Below, in pieces: positions 1-11,508 of a stretch of 64,000 bases of DNA. The first letter of the stretch is position 1; every line of letters starts with the position of its first letter. The notes under the pieces are model-generated. The model saw nothing but the letters and a program-made list of their open reading frames with translations. It made no database searches and was not told the DNA's origin. This stretch comes from Felis catus (lineage: Eukaryota). The DNA lies in NCBI RefSeq assembly GCF_018350175.1, contig NC_058368.1, forward strand, positions 94,614,001-94,678,000. The letters run 5' to 3'. The position numbers and the translations under genes are program-made.

Positions 1-245
1 GAGAGAGAGAGAGAGAGAGCGAGCGAGAGAGCGCAAGAACGGGAGAGGGGTAGAGAGAGAGGAAGATACAGAATCTGAAGCAGGCTCTAAGCTCTGAGCT
101 GTCAGCACAGAGCCTGACGAGGGGCTTGAACTCACAGATTGTGAGATCATGACATGAGCAGAAGTCAGACGCCCAACCAACTGAGCCATCCAGGTGCCCC
201 TCCCCAAACCACTTTATTAATATAATGCCCTTGGAAATCTTGAGA

Positions 246-283
<38 letters not shown>

Positions 284-479
284 GTTTGCTGTATTTTTTA
301 AACAAATTTCCCTTCCTTGTACATATTGGGGACACTGAAAGTTTATTTTTGTACCTCCTCAATCACTATTATTAATTTTGTGAAAACAGCTTATTTAGCA
401 TGTGTTCCAAGGCATCAGATTGACTGACTTGGTTAAATTATAAGTATCCATTGAATTTATTTGTTATTTATTATTTATT

Positions 480-689
480 TATTTTTTTAATGTTTTATTT
501 TATTTTTGAGAGAGAGAGACAGCATGAGTGGGGGAGGAGCAGAGAGAGAGGGAGACACAGAGTCCGAAGCAGGCTCCAGACTCTGAGCTGTCAGCACAGG
601 GCCCATCGTGGGGCTCGAACCCACATACTGTAAGATCATGACCTGAGTTGAAGCTGGACGCTTAACCGACTGAGCCACCCAAGCACCCC
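480..689 (-). mobile_element. CanSINE (felid SINEC); a second minus-strand copy lies at 1-199
   Basis: T tail, (GA)n, body and gagccacccaagcacccc head. Flanking repeat tatccattgaattta occurs on both sides. Confidence 0.93.
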
Positions 690-780
690 AATATCCATTG
701 AATTTAATACAACATGTGGTTCTGATTATATACATGTAATACCATTACCTTCCTCACATTGATGAAATCTGGTACTCTAG

Positions 781-852
781 GTCATTATTTCAAGAAGACA
801 TATGGTAGTCACAGAAATTCTGAAACTTTTAAGTCAAAATGTTGCTCTTGAG
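781..852 (+). other. Candidate 72-nt in-frame alternative/cryptic exon
   Basis: Bounded by ctctAG (780) and GAG|GTAAGT (853). It encodes 24 stop-free codons, VIISRRHMVVTEILKLLSQNVALE, in the phase needed to join the exon at 1955. The pyrimidine tract is weak. Confidence 0.25.
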
Positions 853-1954
853 GTAAGTAATTGGCATTTTGGCTAAATTTGGCTCATGATTTTCTCAGTC
901 ATAAAACAGGTAGTAGAGCCTGGAAGTTCTGGTGAGTAGCCTCCAAAAGTACACTAGCTTAAAGCTCTAATGCAGCTTTGGTTGAACAGCCAGGTAGGTG
1001 TACATCATCGTACGCTGTCAAGGGAGGGCTTATGAACTTCTGAATTTTCTCCCTATTGCTGTTCGGGAGAGGCAGCCATAGGGAGAGTTGTTTTTAGTAT
1101 ATGTGGATAATATAGGTTATTTATTTTATTTTATATCTTATTTTATATTATTTTCTTTTAATTCATTTATTTTTAAAGGAGTTCTTTTTATTTGTAAGTT
1201 GTTCAAGTGGTACACGTTTTTCCTACGTAATAAACTAATGTCTTTAGATCAAGGAGATTATTTTGGATACAAAAGAAAGAAGACTTCTCAGAGGTTCTAT
1301 TAAGATGGCTGTCTTCTTTCACGTATTGGTCATAAAATTAATGTGTATAATGTGTGAGTTTTGGAAAATATGTATGAAAATGATAAAAAAGACCTAATTT
1401 CTTGCTTTATGTATGCTCTTATAATAACTCACATTTTTGCAGAACTCATCAAAATGAAAATTACATGAATGAGTATTTGTATTTGTGTGTCTAACTAGAG
1501 TACCGTATACTTGAGGACATGAACTGCCTTTCTCTGTAGCACATAACAGATACTCAGTAAATATATTTGAATGAGGAAGGTGGACATTACTGTTAATTAT
1601 TATTAACATTTTGGGGGGTTACCTTCTAGTATTGTTTTTTCTAAACATCCATTTCTTTTGGTAAATACTGGTAGTTTCCACCTCCTATAAATCATAGAAC
1701 TTGAAGTAATGTGTTTTTTTAAGATTAATTAATTAATTAATTAAATTTATTTATTTATTCATTTGGCATGATCCAGATAATGAATTGTACTATGATTTTG
1801 AGTTGTTGAAATTTACAAACACATCAGATTCTTTCGCTTTTTCTTAACATTTCTCACCCATGTGTGAATAAAGGAATCTTCAGATACTCTTCTGTGGAGT
1901 ATCCAAGTTTTGAATACCTGCATGTGTGCTAATAGCTTGCTTTTTGTGTTGTAG

Positions 1955-2089
<135 letters not shown>

Positions 2090-3299
2090 TAAACATGCTT
2101 TCTTTACTGCATATCTGTATTGCTATGATAGCTATCAATTTTTTTTATTTACGTACTTTTTAATTAAAAAAATTTTTTTTAAGTTTATATTGAGAGAGAG
2201 AGAAAGCACACGCATGATTGCGAGCTAGGGGGAGGGGTAGAGAGAGCCTTTGCAGGCTGTCAGCACAAAGCCTGATGCGGGCTCAAACTCATGAACCGTG
2301 AGATGATGACCTGGGCTTAAATTAAGAGTTGGACACTTAACCCACTGAGCCACCCAGGGGCACCTGTCGCTTTTTATTTTTTCAAAAAAAGTATACGGAT
2401 GGAAGCTGTGAATATATTGTACTTGAGAATTTGAAGGTAGTAAAAATATTTGAATGTATGATTTTTTCCTACGTATTGCAGTCTACAAAACAATCTAAAT
2501 GTTAAGTAGCATGAGTAAAGTATTTAACAACGTGAATCAGGGCTTCATTGACTTGAGACAGGTATAAAACATTTTAATTCATTGTTACTGGGTTTATAAC
2601 TTGGAGAAGTGAGCGCATTTTATTTAAGAAATTTAAGAAATGATTTCGGGGGGATTTATTCGACTAGGATGATAAAACATTTAGAAAAGACATAGTTGTC
2701 AAAGGACTTTTTGTCATACAGTTTCTTCCTATTAAACTGCCCTTTTGCATCCCTTTTTCAGCCGTTAAATGTGGTTCAAGTCCCATCTCCTCTCACTGTA
2801 GCTTTGACCCCTTGCACTTGGCAGTTTTGCCCTAATTTGGATTCCTTTTATCCTTGGCTCATCCGAGTGGAGCACATTGTTAGTCTTTGATTATTTCATG
2901 TGTGTCAGCCTTCATTAGGTTTTGAATTTGTGAGGGACCTGTCATATTTTTAATTCACCTTCTATAAACCTAGCACATTGCTGGACTTAAAATAGATTTC
3001 AATAAATTCGTGTTGGGTGACTTCATAGAATACTTGTGAAATAAAGTTTAAATAGTACTGTAGCTTCATAGGCATTTTAGTGAACAGATATGGTTAGGAA
3101 GACAAGTACCCAGGCGTCTACTACACACAGCCTTGTGCAGATTACAGGTCAGAAACAGGACTATGGTTCTGAACCCTGGTGAACCTTCAGTAGAAGGAAG
3201 GATAATCAAGGAGGACCCAGCAACATGGACTTCATGAGAAAGTCGTTCCAGAATAATGTTAAGAACTAGAACAGATATTATTAAAAATGTTTTATTTTC

Positions 3300-3385
3300 A
3301 CATGTTTACAATATTTTATTATAGTAAATTATTATTGTATGTTTACAATATTTATTACGTATGTTTACAATGTTTTATTATGTAT
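3300..3385. repeat. Degenerate AT-rich minisatellite, three copies of ATGTTTACAAT...TTATT
   Basis: Read directly. A similar (TGTAGAAAAT)x4 lies at 46771-46810. Confidence 0.8.
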
Positions 3386-3828
3386 TACCTAGGAAGTTGG
3401 GTAGACGAAGGTGGTTTTGAGAAAGCGCTTCCTGGAAAAAGTTTGTTTGTTGGGAAATGAAACCGTTCTACGTTTCTTTGAAATAGTTAAGTGAAATGAG
3501 GAAATGATAGCTTATTTTATTTGCTTACATTATTTATTTACTTAAGTAATCTCTACACCCAGTGTGGGGCTCACGGTCATGACCGTGAGGTCAAAAGTTG
3601 CAGGCTCCTCCGACTCAACCCAGCCAGGCACCCCAGAAATGATACTTTAAATAGAGTATCACTTACATAGCTAACGTAAAGAAGACATTTTTCCGTTAAG
3701 TGGATTTAGGATTACTTAAGACACAGGCAAAAGTGGGAAAGTGTAGCCTAAATAGTTTAAATTAGGCCATTTAACCCTGCGTCTCCCTGTTGTGTATATT
3801 ATTATTGGTAAATAGATATAAAACACTT

Positions 3829-4040
3829 ACGGGATGCCTGGGTGACTCAGTCGGTTAAGTGTACGACTTCAACCCAGGTCATGATCTCGCGGTTTGTGGG
3901 TTCGAGCCCTGCATCGGGCTCTGTGCCAACAGCTCAGAGCCTGGAGCCTGCTTTGGATTCTGTGTTTCCCCTCTCTCTGCCCCTCCCCTGCTCGTGCTCG
4001 CTCTCTCAGTCTCTCTCAAAGAACAAACTTTAAAAAAAAT
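3829..4040 (+). mobile_element. CanSINE, sense orientation, ~140 bp upstream of the exon at 4178
   Basis: gggatgcctgggtgactcagtcggttaag (A box)...gggttcgagccc (B box)...(CT)n, A tail. Confidence 0.93.
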
Positions 4041-4177
4041 ACATAAAACATTTCTGATAGAAATAGGAAATTTTTTGTTGATTTAAATCATTTAAAACTA
4101 ATTTTGTATTTGAGTATAATTCAAGGGATCTGTCTGAGTATCAGGGACAGAGGTAATGTTTGCCCTCTCGTGACTAG

Positions 4178-4333
4178 GCGGTGTATCACAGCGTGAAGCC
4201 CGCGGCTCTGCAGCAGCAGTTAGAGAGCCTTCATCTCAGACAAGACAAAGCGGAAGCTTTCGGCAATGCTTGGTCTTCTATGGGTCAAGAAACAGTTGAA
4301 AAATTCAGACAGAGGATTCTTGCTCCCCACAAG
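4178..4333 (+). CDS. COMMD10: COMMD10 internal coding exon (equivalent to human exon 4), 156 nt, phase 0-0
   Basis: Acceptor tttgccctctcgtgactAG ends at 4177; donor AAG|GTatag at 4334. Translation [52 protein letters not shown] continues in frame from the previous exon. Confidence 0.96.
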
Positions 4334-4839
4334 GTATAGGATTACACTACCCCACGATATTTTCCAGTAAGAATGGCAAAAATGGTTGTACTGGAAGGGT
4401 TTTCAAGGTGATCATGTTTTGTACAGAGGCAGTCTGGCAAAAGAAAGAATATATACACTAGGCCTTTAAGGTTATTTCCATACGTATTGGACACCACGTT
4501 GTGATTTAATTTTACTTACAGTTTAAAATATGTCTCTGTAACTTCAGAATAGGAATGAGTCAGTCTGTTTTTCCTTTTTTTTTTTTTATCTTGGGCAGAG
4601 TGGGCTATTCTTGTTAACGGTGTACCTGTGTATAAGTCTTACGGTGTGTTTACTGAAGCACGTAATTGTGTGTGTCTGTATTAGTGCCTAGCAGAATGTA
4701 CTCAGTATGTGTGGAATAGCAAATAGCGAAAAAGGGAGCACTTTGGGACAAATACAAAATAACAGCAGTGTTTCAAAACTGCTGGGGGCCTTTAGTCACT
4801 GTTAATAGAGGTTAAGTTGATCATACAGATTTTGACCTT

Positions 4840-7690
4840 TTTTCTAATAGTAGGTTGTATTACATCACTGATTTTCAGATTTACAGCCCGCTGTATTCCT
4901 GGGATCAGTTTCATGGGTTGTTGTGTATCATGCTTTTTATATGTTGCTGTTTGATTTGCTTATGTTTTGTTAAAAATTTTTCCATCTATGTTCATGAGGG
5001 CTCTTGGTCTATATAGCTTTCTCGTGATGTCTTTGGTGGTATCAGAGAGCAACTGACATTGGAAAGTGAGCTGGGAAGTGTTCTCACCTCCTCTTCCATT
5101 TTCTTTAAGAATTTGTGAAGGATTGGTATTATTTTACACTTTGCCAGCATTATATGAGAGTTCTAGTACCTCATCAGCACTTGGTATTGTCACTTTTTTT
5201 AAAAAATATTTTTTAAAAAATATTTCTATTTTTTTTTTTTTAATTTTTTTTTCAATGTTTATTTATTTTTGGGACAGAGAGAGACAGAGCATGAACGGGC
5301 GAGGGGCAGAGAGAGAGGGAGACACAGAATCAGAAACAGGCTCCAGGCTCTGAGCCATCAGCCCAGAGCTCGACGCGGGGCTCAAACTCATGGACCGCGA
5401 GATCGTGACCTGGCTGAAGTTGGACGCTTAACCGACTGCGCCACCCAGGCGCCCCAAAAATATTTTTATTTTTGAGAGAGACAGAGAGAGAACGAGTGGG
5501 GGAGGAGCAGAGAGAGAGGGAGACACAAAATCTGAAGCAGGCTTCAGGCTCTGAGCTGTCAGCACAGAGCCCAATGCGGGGCTTGAACTCATGAACCGTG
5601 AGATCATGACCTGAGTCAAAGTCAGACGTATAACTGACTGAGCCACCCAGGTGCCTCACATTTTTTTTTTTTTTTTTTAATGTTTATTTCTGGGGGAGAG
5701 AGGGAGAGTACAAGCAGGGGAGGGGCTGAGGAGGAGGGGAACAGAGAATTGGAAGGAGGCTCCATGCTAATAGCAGAAAGCCCGATGCCGGGCTTGAATT
5801 CACGAGCTGTGAGCCCATGGGCTGAGCTGAAGTCAGACACTCAACCAACTGAGCCACCCAGGCCCTCCATTGTCACTTGTTTTTATCAAAACTATTCTAT
5901 TAGGTTTCTAGTGGTATTTTGTATTTTTAATTTGCGTTTTCCTAATAACAAATTATATGATCTCTTTATGTGCTTACTTGTCTCCATATATCTTCATTGG
6001 TAGAATATTTGTTCACATCTTTTGCCTAATTGTATTTCCACATTGTGAAAGATAAGGAAGTTCCATTATAGTAATTTAAAGGACAGTCTCAGGAGTAAAT
6101 CCCAGCATATGGAAATGCATGGGAATTTTTTTGTTCTGGGTTGTTCAAATGTGTGGAGGGTGTTTGTTTTCTTTCAGCTTTTGTGAGGTTTTTATATATT
6201 CTAGGCGTGTGTCCTTTCTCACCTGTGATTTACGGGAAAGCTTTTTATTCTAATGAAGTTTGATTTATCAGTTATTTTCTTTTATCGATCCTTTTGGTTT
6301 TGTATCTAAGAATTTGTGGGCTAATGCAGTATCACAAAGATTTTATTTTCTTCTGTTTTATAGGTTTATTTTTTCCATTTAGCTCTAAAATCTATTTTGA
6401 GTTAATTTGGTATAAGGTGCAGATTAAATTTCCTTTTTTCTGCGTATAGATGTTCGTTTTAGATGTTCATTTATACACGTCCAGCATAACTTACTGATAA
6501 CATCTTTTTGTCCCTGAAGTGCCTCACCCTTTTGTCAAAAATCATTTGACATGTTTGTGTGGGTCTTTCTCTGGACTCTCTGTTTAGACCATTGATCTTT
6601 CTATCTTTATGCTAATATGATACCTTAATTTCTGTAGCTTTGTAGCAAACTTTAAAAGTCAAGTATTGTGAGTCTGCTAACTTTGCGGGTTTTTTTTTCC
6701 CCCATAATTGTTTTGGATATTCTGATTTCTTTGACTTTTTATATAAATTTAAAAACCAGCTTTGCTAGTTTTAAAAAATCCTGCTGGGATTTTTGATTAT
6801 GTTTAACTTACAGATCACTTAATAGAGAAATGACTTCTTAGCAGTACTGAGTATACCTATTTAGGTCCTCTTTGATTTCTTATGTCACTTTTGTTCATTT
6901 TTCAGCCTACACATCCTACATATGTTATGTTAGATTTATGCCTGAGTATTTTGTGTTTTTGGAGTTGTTGTAATGGTACTGTTTTTGAAATTTTGGTTTT
7001 TAGTTGTTTCTGGCTAGTATATAGAGTTGATTTTTGTATATCGACCTTGTATTCTGTGACCTTGGTAAATTCCTTAATTAGTTACAGCAGTTTTTTTGTG
7101 TGGATTTTTTGTGATTTTCTTTATGGATAGTTACATTGTCCATGAATAGAGACCGTTTTATTCTTTTCCAGTCTGTTCAGCTTTTATTTTTTTTCTTGCT
7201 CTATTGCACTGAGTAGGACTTTTTGAGAGACACAGAGAGACAGAGCATGAGCATGGGAGGGGCAGAGAGAGAAGGAGACACAGAATCTGAAGCAGGCTCA
7301 GGCTCTGAGCTGTTAACACAGAGCCTAATGTGGGGCTCGAACTCACAAACCGCGAGATCATGACCTGAGCTGAAGTTGTACGCTTAACTGACTGAGCCAC
7401 CCAGGTGTCCCTGAGTAGGACTTTTAATATGATTTAAATAGGACTCAGAACTCCAGACATCCTGCCTGCTTCCAATTTTATCTATCTTTTTAAGATGTTT
7501 ATTTTTAAGCCATTTCTGTGCTCAGCCTAGTGCTCAAACTCACAACCCCGAGATCCAGAGTTGCATGCTCCACCAACAGACCAGCCAGACGGTCTGCCTT
7601 GTTTCTAGTTTTAGAGGGAAAGGGTTCAGTCTTTTACCATAAAGCATGGTGTTAGCTACAGGTGTTTAAAAGTGCCCCTTTATTGTTTTC
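4840..7690 (-). mobile_element. Old fragmented L1 (L1M-type) ORF2 remnants with nested SINEs
   Basis: T-rich antisense-L1 phrases (ttttccatctatgttcatgaggg; ttttgtatatcgaccttgtattctgtgacc; agagggaaagggttcagtcttttaccat), with no intact frame. Confidence 0.7.
5196..5868 (-). mobile_element. Three serially nested CanSINEs
   Basis: Heads at ~5455, ~5656 and ~5866. Outer TSD ATTGTCACTT (5186-5195 / 5869-5878); inner TSD AAAAATATTT (5216-5225 / 5456-5465). Confidence 0.92.
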
Positions 7691-8739
7691 ATTTCTCTCC
7701 TGTTTTTTTTTTTTTTTTGAACTCTGCATTCTCAGTGTCCTCAAGCATTCTCCACATCATTACTTCATTTTGCATCAGTTAAATTTCTACTTTTCCCTAC
7801 ATCCTTTACAGATTTTAGGTTTTCCCACTTTGTGTCCCTGAAATTCTTCTTTCAACCATTCCCATTTTTAAGCAATCTCACTTGCCTTTTAATATTTGCC
7901 TGTTTTCTGTTTGTATAATTTTATTTTATAGAGTTCATTTTTTCATGAATTTATGCAAGTATAGTATACTCGCACAGTTAAACATGTTTTTTTCTGCTTC
8001 CGTTAGTAATTTTTCAGTGTCTTCCAGATGATAGTATTTTTATTTTTATTTTTTAGAGAAAGAGCAGGGAAGAGGGATAGAAGGATGGGGGGAGAGAGAG
8101 AGAGAAGAGGAGAGGGGGGAGAATCTTAAGCAGGGTACACGCTCAGTGCAGAGCCTGATGTGGGGCTCGATCCCACAACCCTGGAATTGTGACCTGAGCC
8201 GAAATCAAGAGTCAGACACTCAACCAACTGAGCCACCCAGGCACCCATTTTTCTTTTTTTAAGGTAATATTTCTTCTCCAAATTATGTTGCATTGTATCA
8301 ATATCTAAGAAGTGGTTTAGTCATTTGCCATATAAAACATGCAGGAAAGTTGTAAGGACATGATTAATTGTACATCATTCCCTTGATAATGCAGAAAATT
8401 ATCTTTTATTAATACAGATTATCTGAGAGGATAGCTAATACATTATTTTTTATTTTTTTATTTTTTTAAAATTTTTTTTTAACGTTTATTTATTTTTGAG
8501 ACAGAGAGAGAGCGTGAACAGGGGAGGGGCAGAGAGAGAGGGCAACACAGAATCTGAAACAGGCTCCAGGCTCTGAGCTGTCAGCATAGAGCCCGATGCG
8601 GGGCTCGAACTCACAGACCGTGAGATCATGACCTGAGCCGAAGTCAGACGCTTAACCAACCGAGCCACCCAGGCGCCCTGCTAATACATTATTTTAATAC
8701 CTTAAACAATTAATACAGTGGTAGCAAACTTCCTTTTTT

Positions 8740-10645
8740 GTGCAAGTATAGTTGACACACAATGTTATATTAACTTCAGATGTACAACATGGTGACTCTT
8801 CAAGTCTGTATGTTATGCTATGCTTACTACAAGTGTAGCCCCATTTTGTCGTTATACACTGCTGCTACATTACCACTGACTTTATTTCCTGTGCTTGTAT
8901 GCCCATAACTTATTCCATAACTGGAAGTCTGTATCTCCCACCCCCCTTCACTCATTTTGCCCATCCCCTATCCCTGTTTCTCTCTGGCAGCCATCTGTGT
9001 AGCCTCTGTATTTATGGATCTGTTTCTGCGTTTTGTTTGTTTATTCATTCTTTTGCTTTTTAGATTCTACATGTAAGTGAAATCCTACGGTAATCGTCTT
9101 CTGTTGGAGTTATTGGACTTGGTATAATACTCTCTAGGTCTATTCGTGTTGTTGAAAATGGTAATATCTCATTCTTTTTAATGCTCGGTACTATCCCATT
9201 GTGTATATATAGCACATGTGTCTCGATTCATCTCTCGATGGACACTTGGATTCTTCCATGTCTTGGCTGTTGTAAATAGTGCCACAATAGACATAGGGGT
9301 GCGCGTATATATTTTCAAATTAGTGTTTTCATTTTCGTTGGGTAATTATCTAAAGAATTACTGAATCACATGGTATTTCTACTTAAAAAAAGTTTTTTGA
9401 AGAAGCTCTACACCCAATGCGGGGCTTGAACTCATGACCCTGAGATCGAGAGTCACATGCTCTACCAACTGAGCCAGCCAGGTTTCCCTCTGTTATTTTT
9501 TTTTTTTTAATTTTTTTTTTTCAACGTTTATTTATTTTTGGGACAGAGAGAGACAGAGCATGAACGGGGGAGGGGCAGAGAGAGAGGGAGACACAGAATC
9601 GGGAACAGGCTCCAGGCTCTGAGCCATCAGCCCAGAGCCTGACGCGGGGCTCGAACTCACGGACTGCGAGATCGTGACCTGGTTGAAGTCGGACGCTTAA
9701 CCGACTGCGCCACCCAGGCGCCCCGGTTCCCCTCTGTTATTAAGTGTTGGAGGAACCTCCATGCTCTTTTCCACAGTGGCTGCACCAATTTACATCCCCA
9801 CCAGTAGTGCACAAGCATTCCTTTTTCTCCACATCCTCGCCCTGTTCCTGTCTCCTTGATTCTCACCATTTTGACAGGTATAAGGTGATATCTCATGGTG
9901 GTTTTGATTTGCATTTCCCTGAGGATGAGTCACATTGAACATCTTCTCATGTATCTGTTGGCCAGATGTATGTCTTCTTTGGAAAAATATCTGTTCAGGT
10001 CCTTTGCCCAGTTTTTAATCAGATTGTGTTTTTGGAGTTAGGTTTTATAAGTTCTTTATTTTGGATATTTACCCCTTATCCAATACATCGTTTGCGAATA
10101 TCTTCTCTGAATGAATATCTTCTCCCATTCAGTCGGTTGTCTTTTCGTTTTGTTCATTGTTTCCTTTGCTGTGCAAAAACATTTTATTTTGGTGTGGTCC
10201 CGGTAGTTTATTTTTGCTTTTGTTTCCCTTGCCTGAGGTGACATATCTAAAAAAATGTTGCGATGGTCCATGTCATATTTGCTGCCTATGTTTTCTTCCA
10301 GAAGTTTTATGGTTTCATGTTTCACATTTAGCTCTTTAATGCATGTTGGGTCATTTATGTGTGTGGTGTTAGAAAGCGGTCTGGTTTCTTTCTTTTGCAT
10401 GAAGCTGTGCAGTTTGCTCAGTACCATTTATTGAAGACAGTAGTTCCCATTGCATATTCTTGCCTCCTTTGTCTCAGATTAATTGACCATATAAGCATGG
10501 GTTTATTTCTGGGCTCTATTCTGTCCCATTGATCTCTGTGTCTGTTATTGTGCTCATACCATACTGTTTTGGTTACCACAGCTTGGTAATATATCTTGAA
10601 ATCTGGAATTGGGATACCTCCAGCTTTGTTCTAGTTTCTTGAGAT
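8740..10645 (-). mobile_element. L1 3' portion (L1MA/L1_Carn-like) with two nested SINEs
   Basis: Minus-strand ORFs [11 protein letters not shown]...[14 protein letters not shown] and ETIKLLEENIG...KTKRQPTEWEKIF; L1 3' UTR at ~8745-9350. A degenerate TSD is possible (tagcaaactt 8722 / tagcaagcat 10648). Confidence 0.9.
9495..9724 (-). mobile_element. Young CpG-rich felid SINE (SINEC_Fc-like)
   Basis: Diagnostic gccatcagcccagagcctgacgcgggg...gactgcgccacccaggcgcccc; flanking ccctctgttatt duplicated. Confidence 0.93.
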
Positions 10646-11027
10646 CATAGCAAGCATTTTTTGTATTTATTGAGGGCCACATACTCTGCTGGGTGCTTTG
10701 TATCTTGTAAAACCTACTTGCAGTTATAGTTTATATTTAAAATACAACTGAGGTTTAGAAGGATTGAATAATTGGTTCAGGGTCATGTAGCTGAGTAAAT
10801 TTGACACAGTAGTCACCCTCGTAAGCCATTATACTATACTTCTACCTAGGTGTTAGCTACACAGTTTTTCTGTGAAGAGTGGTTGACTTAGTTTTGTGTC
10901 TATGTAGGATATCTTTGGAAAGGAAGAAAATAAAACCTCATACATAAAGTGTAAGTTTATCACCCCAATCAGTTGGTCTTTTGGTAAAACTGACCTGAGA
11001 ATCAGATGTATTTTTTTAAGCCTTGTT

Positions 11028-11508
11028 GTTTTTTAAAAATATTTATTTAATGGGGCATGTGGGTGGCTCAGTCGGTTGAGCATCTGCCTTCGGCTCACGT
11101 TATGATCTCACGGTTCGTGAGTTCGAGCTCCGTGTTGGGCTCTGTGCTGACAGTTCAGGGCCTGGAGCCTGCTTTAGATTCTCATTCTCTCTGTCTCTCT
11201 CTTTCTCTCTCTCTCCCTCTCCCTGTCTCCCTCTCTTTCTGCCCCTCCCCCACTCACACTCTGTGTGTGTGTCTCTCTCTCTCCCCTTCAAAAATAAATC
11301 AATATTAAAAAAATTTAAATACTTATTTTGAGAGAGGGTGTGGAAGCAGGGGTGTGGGCAGAAAGAGAGGGAGAGAGAGAATCCCATGCAGGCTCTGCGT
11401 TGTCATCACAGAGCCTGATGTGGGGCCCGATCTCACCAACCGTGAGATCATGACCTGAGCTGAAATCAAGAGTTGGATGCTTAACTGACTGAGCCACCCA
11501 GGTGCCCC
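11028..11508. mobile_element. Tail-to-tail inverted CanSINE pair (+ copy ~11052-11312 inside the tail of a - copy)
   Basis: Outer TSD TTAAGCCTTGTT at 11016-11027 and 11509-11520. Confidence 0.9.

Noticed and set aside
3829..3910. tRNA-like A/B boxes as tRNA genes
   Set aside because: They are tRNA-derived SINE heads followed by SINE bodies and tails.
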